NCBI RefSeq assembly: GCF_021378375.1
Contig: NZ_CP076228.1
Location: 900,001-932,000 of the forward strand
From: Wolbachia endosymbiont of Drosophila innubila
GTDB taxonomy: Bacteria > Pseudomonadota > Alphaproteobacteria > Rickettsiales > Anaplasmataceae
DNA: 32,000 bases
Reading direction: 5' to 3'
The notes under the pieces are model-generated. The model was not told the origin of the DNA and made no database searches. It was given only the letters and a program-made list of their open reading frames with translations. A program made the position numbers and the translations under genes. Below are positions 28,811 through 32,000 of the stretch, piece after piece (within the stretch, counting starts at the first letter, position 1; the number at the start of each line of letters is the position of its first letter).

Positions 28811-29068
28811 ATGAGTGAAGCTAAAAAAATAGAGGAAAGACATCATAGTCTAACTGTTCCTGGGGATATGTATCACTTACAACCAGGAGTTATTACTGGA
28901 AAAAGGGTAAGTGGAATAGAACCCTTTTTGAAAGAACAGCAGGACATGGTAAAAGTAAGGGAACTTGTAAGCTCTTTAAATCTTGAAGATGCTTCTGGTG
29001 ATGCGATAAAACCACTATCTACACCTAATGTAGAGAAAAACGAAGAAAGAGGGAAAGGTCGCTCTTAA
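28811..29068 (+). CDS. Small hypothetical protein
   Basis: 85-aa ORF 16 bp downstream of the previous one; possible Shine-Dalgarno AGGGGAG upstream. Confidence 0.6.
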   Translation: MSEAKKIEERHHSLTVPGDMYHLQPGVITGKRVSGIEPFLKEQQDMVKVRELVSSLNLEDASGDAIKPLSTPNVEKNEERGKGRS

Positions 29069-29071
29069 AAT

Positions 29072-29440
29072 ATGAGCAATGAAGTTTATGATAGCGATAA
29101 CATCTTTGCTCAAATATTAAGAGGTGAGTTACCTTGTGAGAAGGTACATGAAAATGAAAATGTACTAGCTTTTCATGATAAGTACCCTGACGCACCAGTT
29201 CATATTTTAGTTATATCAAAAAATCAATATATTTCATATGATGATTTCATTCTAAAAGCTCCTGAAGAGGAAATAGCGGATTTCTTCAAAACTGTAAGAG
29301 AGATAGCACACAAATATAATCTAGAAAAAACAGGATATAGATTAGTCACTAACTACGGTGAAAATGGAGAGCAGGTTGTACCACACTTTCACGTGCATAT
29401 TTTAGGTGGTAAAAAGTTAGGAAAGCATGTAAACTCATAG
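29072..29440 (+). CDS. HIT-family (histidine triad) protein
   Basis: 122 aa; DNIFAQILRGELPCEKV, HDKYPDAPVHILVISK, VPHFHVHILGGKKLG. Confidence 0.93.
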   Translation: MSNEVYDSDNIFAQILRGELPCEKVHENENVLAFHDKYPDAPVHILVISKNQYISYDDFILKAPEEEIADFFKTVREIAHKYNLEKTGYRLVTNYGENGEQVVPHFHVHILGGKKLGKHVNS

Positions 29441-29458
29441 TGTTATATGTTTTGTTAA

Positions 29459-29812
29459 ATGAGCGAATATTTAACCATAGTAATCTTTATCTGCGTATCA
29501 ATTGTAGTATCTTTTGCTTTAGGTATATTGCCTATGTTTCTTGCAGTGAGTAAGCCAGATGGTGAAAAGCTTTCCACATATGAGTGTGGCTTCAATCCAC
29601 TATCCAGTGCAAGGAAAAATTTTGACATTAAATTTTACCTAGTTTCAATATTATTTATAATATTTGACTTAGAAATTGCTTTTCTTTTTCCTTGGGCTGT
29701 TTCTTTATCTAAGATAAGCTATGGTGGATTTTGGTCTATGATGGTATTTCTTGCAATACTCACTATAGGTTTTATCTATGAATGGTGTAAAGGTGCATTA
29801 GAGTGGGAGTAG
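29459..29812 (+). CDS. nuoA: NADH-quinone oxidoreductase subunit A
   Basis: 117 aa; [42 protein letters not shown]. Confidence 0.96.
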   Translation: MSEYLTIVIFICVSIVVSFALGILPMFLAVSKPDGEKLSTYECGFNPLSSARKNFDIKFYLVSILFIIFDLEIAFLFPWAVSLSKISYGGFWSMMVFLAILTIGFIYEWCKGALEWE

Positions 29813-29815
29813 TTT

Positions 29816-30322
29816 ATGACAAATCAAATTCTATCTAATGATGACTGGGGTCGTTATAAAAAAGAAGGGTTTCTTGTCACTAAATTTGGTGATTTAACAG
29901 ATTATGTAATGAATTGGGCAAGGTCTGGTTCATTGTGGCCAATGACATTTGGTCTTGCATGTTGCGCAGTTGAGATGATGCATACTGCATCCAGCCGTTA
30001 TGATCTTGATAGATATGGTATAATGTTTCGTGCAAGCCCACGTCAATCAGATGTGATGATTGTTGCTGGCACACTAACTAATAAAATGGCAGCAGCATTG
30101 CGCAAGGTTTATGATCAAATGGCAGACCCGAAGTATGTTATTTCCATGGGAAGTTGTGCAAATGGTGGTGGTTATTACCATTACTCTTATTCAGTAGTCC
30201 GAGGCTGTGATAGAATTGTGCCAGTTGACGTGTATGTCCCTGGATGCCCACCAACCGCTGAGGCGTTGCTATATGGAATGCTATGCCTACAAAACAAAAT
30301 AAAACGGACTCGGAATGGATAA
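29816..30322 (+). CDS. nuoB: NADH-quinone oxidoreductase subunit B
   Basis: 168 aa; [73 protein letters not shown]. Confidence 0.97.
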   Translation: MTNQILSNDDWGRYKKEGFLVTKFGDLTDYVMNWARSGSLWPMTFGLACCAVEMMHTASSRYDLDRYGIMFRASPRQSDVMIVAGTLTNKMAAALRKVYDQMADPKYVISMGSCANGGGYYHYSYSVVRGCDRIVPVDVYVPGCPPTAEALLYGMLCLQNKIKRTRNG

Positions 30323-30887
30323 AACTGCAAAGTATATACAAAAAAAGACCAAATGCGAGTGCATTCAAAAAGATGATGGCATTATTGTAATATATTCAAC
30401 TTTAGATGAAATTGAAAAGTACCTATTCTTTCTACGTGATGATGAAAAGTGTAGGTTTGAACTATTAGTTGATATTTTTGGGGTTGACTATCCAAATAGA
30501 GAGAAGCGTTTCGAGCTAATATACAATCTACTCAGCATTGTGCATAATATTAGAGTACACATAAAGCTTCAGTTATGTGAAAGCGACATGCCTCCAAGTG
30601 TAGCGAAGATATTTAGTACGGCTTTGTGGTTTGAGCGTGAAGTGTTTGATATGTATGGAATAGAGTTTTCTGATCACCCTGATTTGCGTAGGATTCTAAC
30701 AGACTATGGATTCAAAGGTCATCCAATGTTAAAAGATTTCCCTCTCACTGGTTATGAGGAAGTAAGATATGATATAGAGACAAAAAAGGTTGTGTATAAT
30801 CCTATAGATTTACCGCAAGATTTTCGTATGTTTGATAGCTTATCGCCTTGGGAAGGTAAAACCATAAAAGTAAATACAAAGGAGTAG
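30315..30887 (+). CDS. nuoC: NADH-quinone oxidoreductase subunit C
   Basis: 190 aa; [73 protein letters not shown]. Confidence 0.96.
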   Translation: MDKTAKYIQKKTKCECIQKDDGIIVIYSTLDEIEKYLFFLRDDEKCRFELLVDIFGVDYPNREKRFELIYNLLSIVHNIRVHIKLQLCESDMPPSVAKIFSTALWFEREVFDMYGIEFSDHPDLRRILTDYGFKGHPMLKDFPLTGYEEVRYDIETKKVVYNPIDLPQDFRMFDSLSPWEGKTIKVNTKE

Positions 30888-31841
<954 letters not shown>

Positions 31842-31874
31842 GCAAATTAATGGTTTTATAGAGCTTCTTTATAG

Positions 31875-32000
31875 CTAAAACAGCCTAAAAAAGTTGCTTG
31901 TGGTTACCTTCGCTACTTGTTCTGGTGACTCATTCCACAACTCTGCCAAACAATCAACAACGTATTTCACCATTGCTGGTTCATTCTTTTTTCCCCTATA
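31875..32000 (-). CDS. TatD-family hydrolase, C-terminal end (partial at window edge)
   Basis: Manual translation: YRGKKNEPAMVKYVVDCLAELWNESPEQVAKVTTSNFFRLF*, similar to the TatD C-terminus. Confidence 0.75.
   Translation of the reverse strand, partial: YRGKKNEPAMVKYVVDCLAELWNESPEQVAKVTTSNFFRLF

Overview
This 32 kb window is AT-rich Rickettsiales DNA. Gene content, palindromic repeats of the 'CACTGGGATGAC' / 'CGCTAACAAGTAGCGGGATGAC' type, and a phage WO-like terminase relic make Wolbachia the best fit (inference; no database was searched). Ordinary blocks: a proton-transporter subunit, a GltD-like oxidoreductase, fabZ, skp/ompH, bamA, rseP, sdhE, zapA, an HU/IHF gene, rpsA, trmB, ccmB, dksA, der, dsbB-like, coq7, tRNA-Arg(TCT), an NDUFA9-like gene, murF, two small hypotheticals, a HIT protein, nuoA/B/C, mdh and the end of a tatD-like gene. 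The unusual parts are: (1) a decayed IS4-type element at 13977-15451; (2) an IS island at 18585-23452 containing an IS5-type relic, a Tn5-like IS4 relic with 24-bp perfect inverted repeats that is split by an IS110-family element, and a further IS5-type element that truncates a phage terminase relic; (3) palindromic repeat elements carried in frame inside three coding sequences (GltD-like, MurF, TerL). The best lead is the IS110 copy. Its boundaries can be reconstructed to an apparent 2-bp CT core, and its non-coding left end holds an 11-nt sequence (GTTGGTATCAA) identical to the target DNA directly abutting that core. This is what a bridge-RNA target guide could look like. I found no CRISPR array, cif genes or convincing new defence system.
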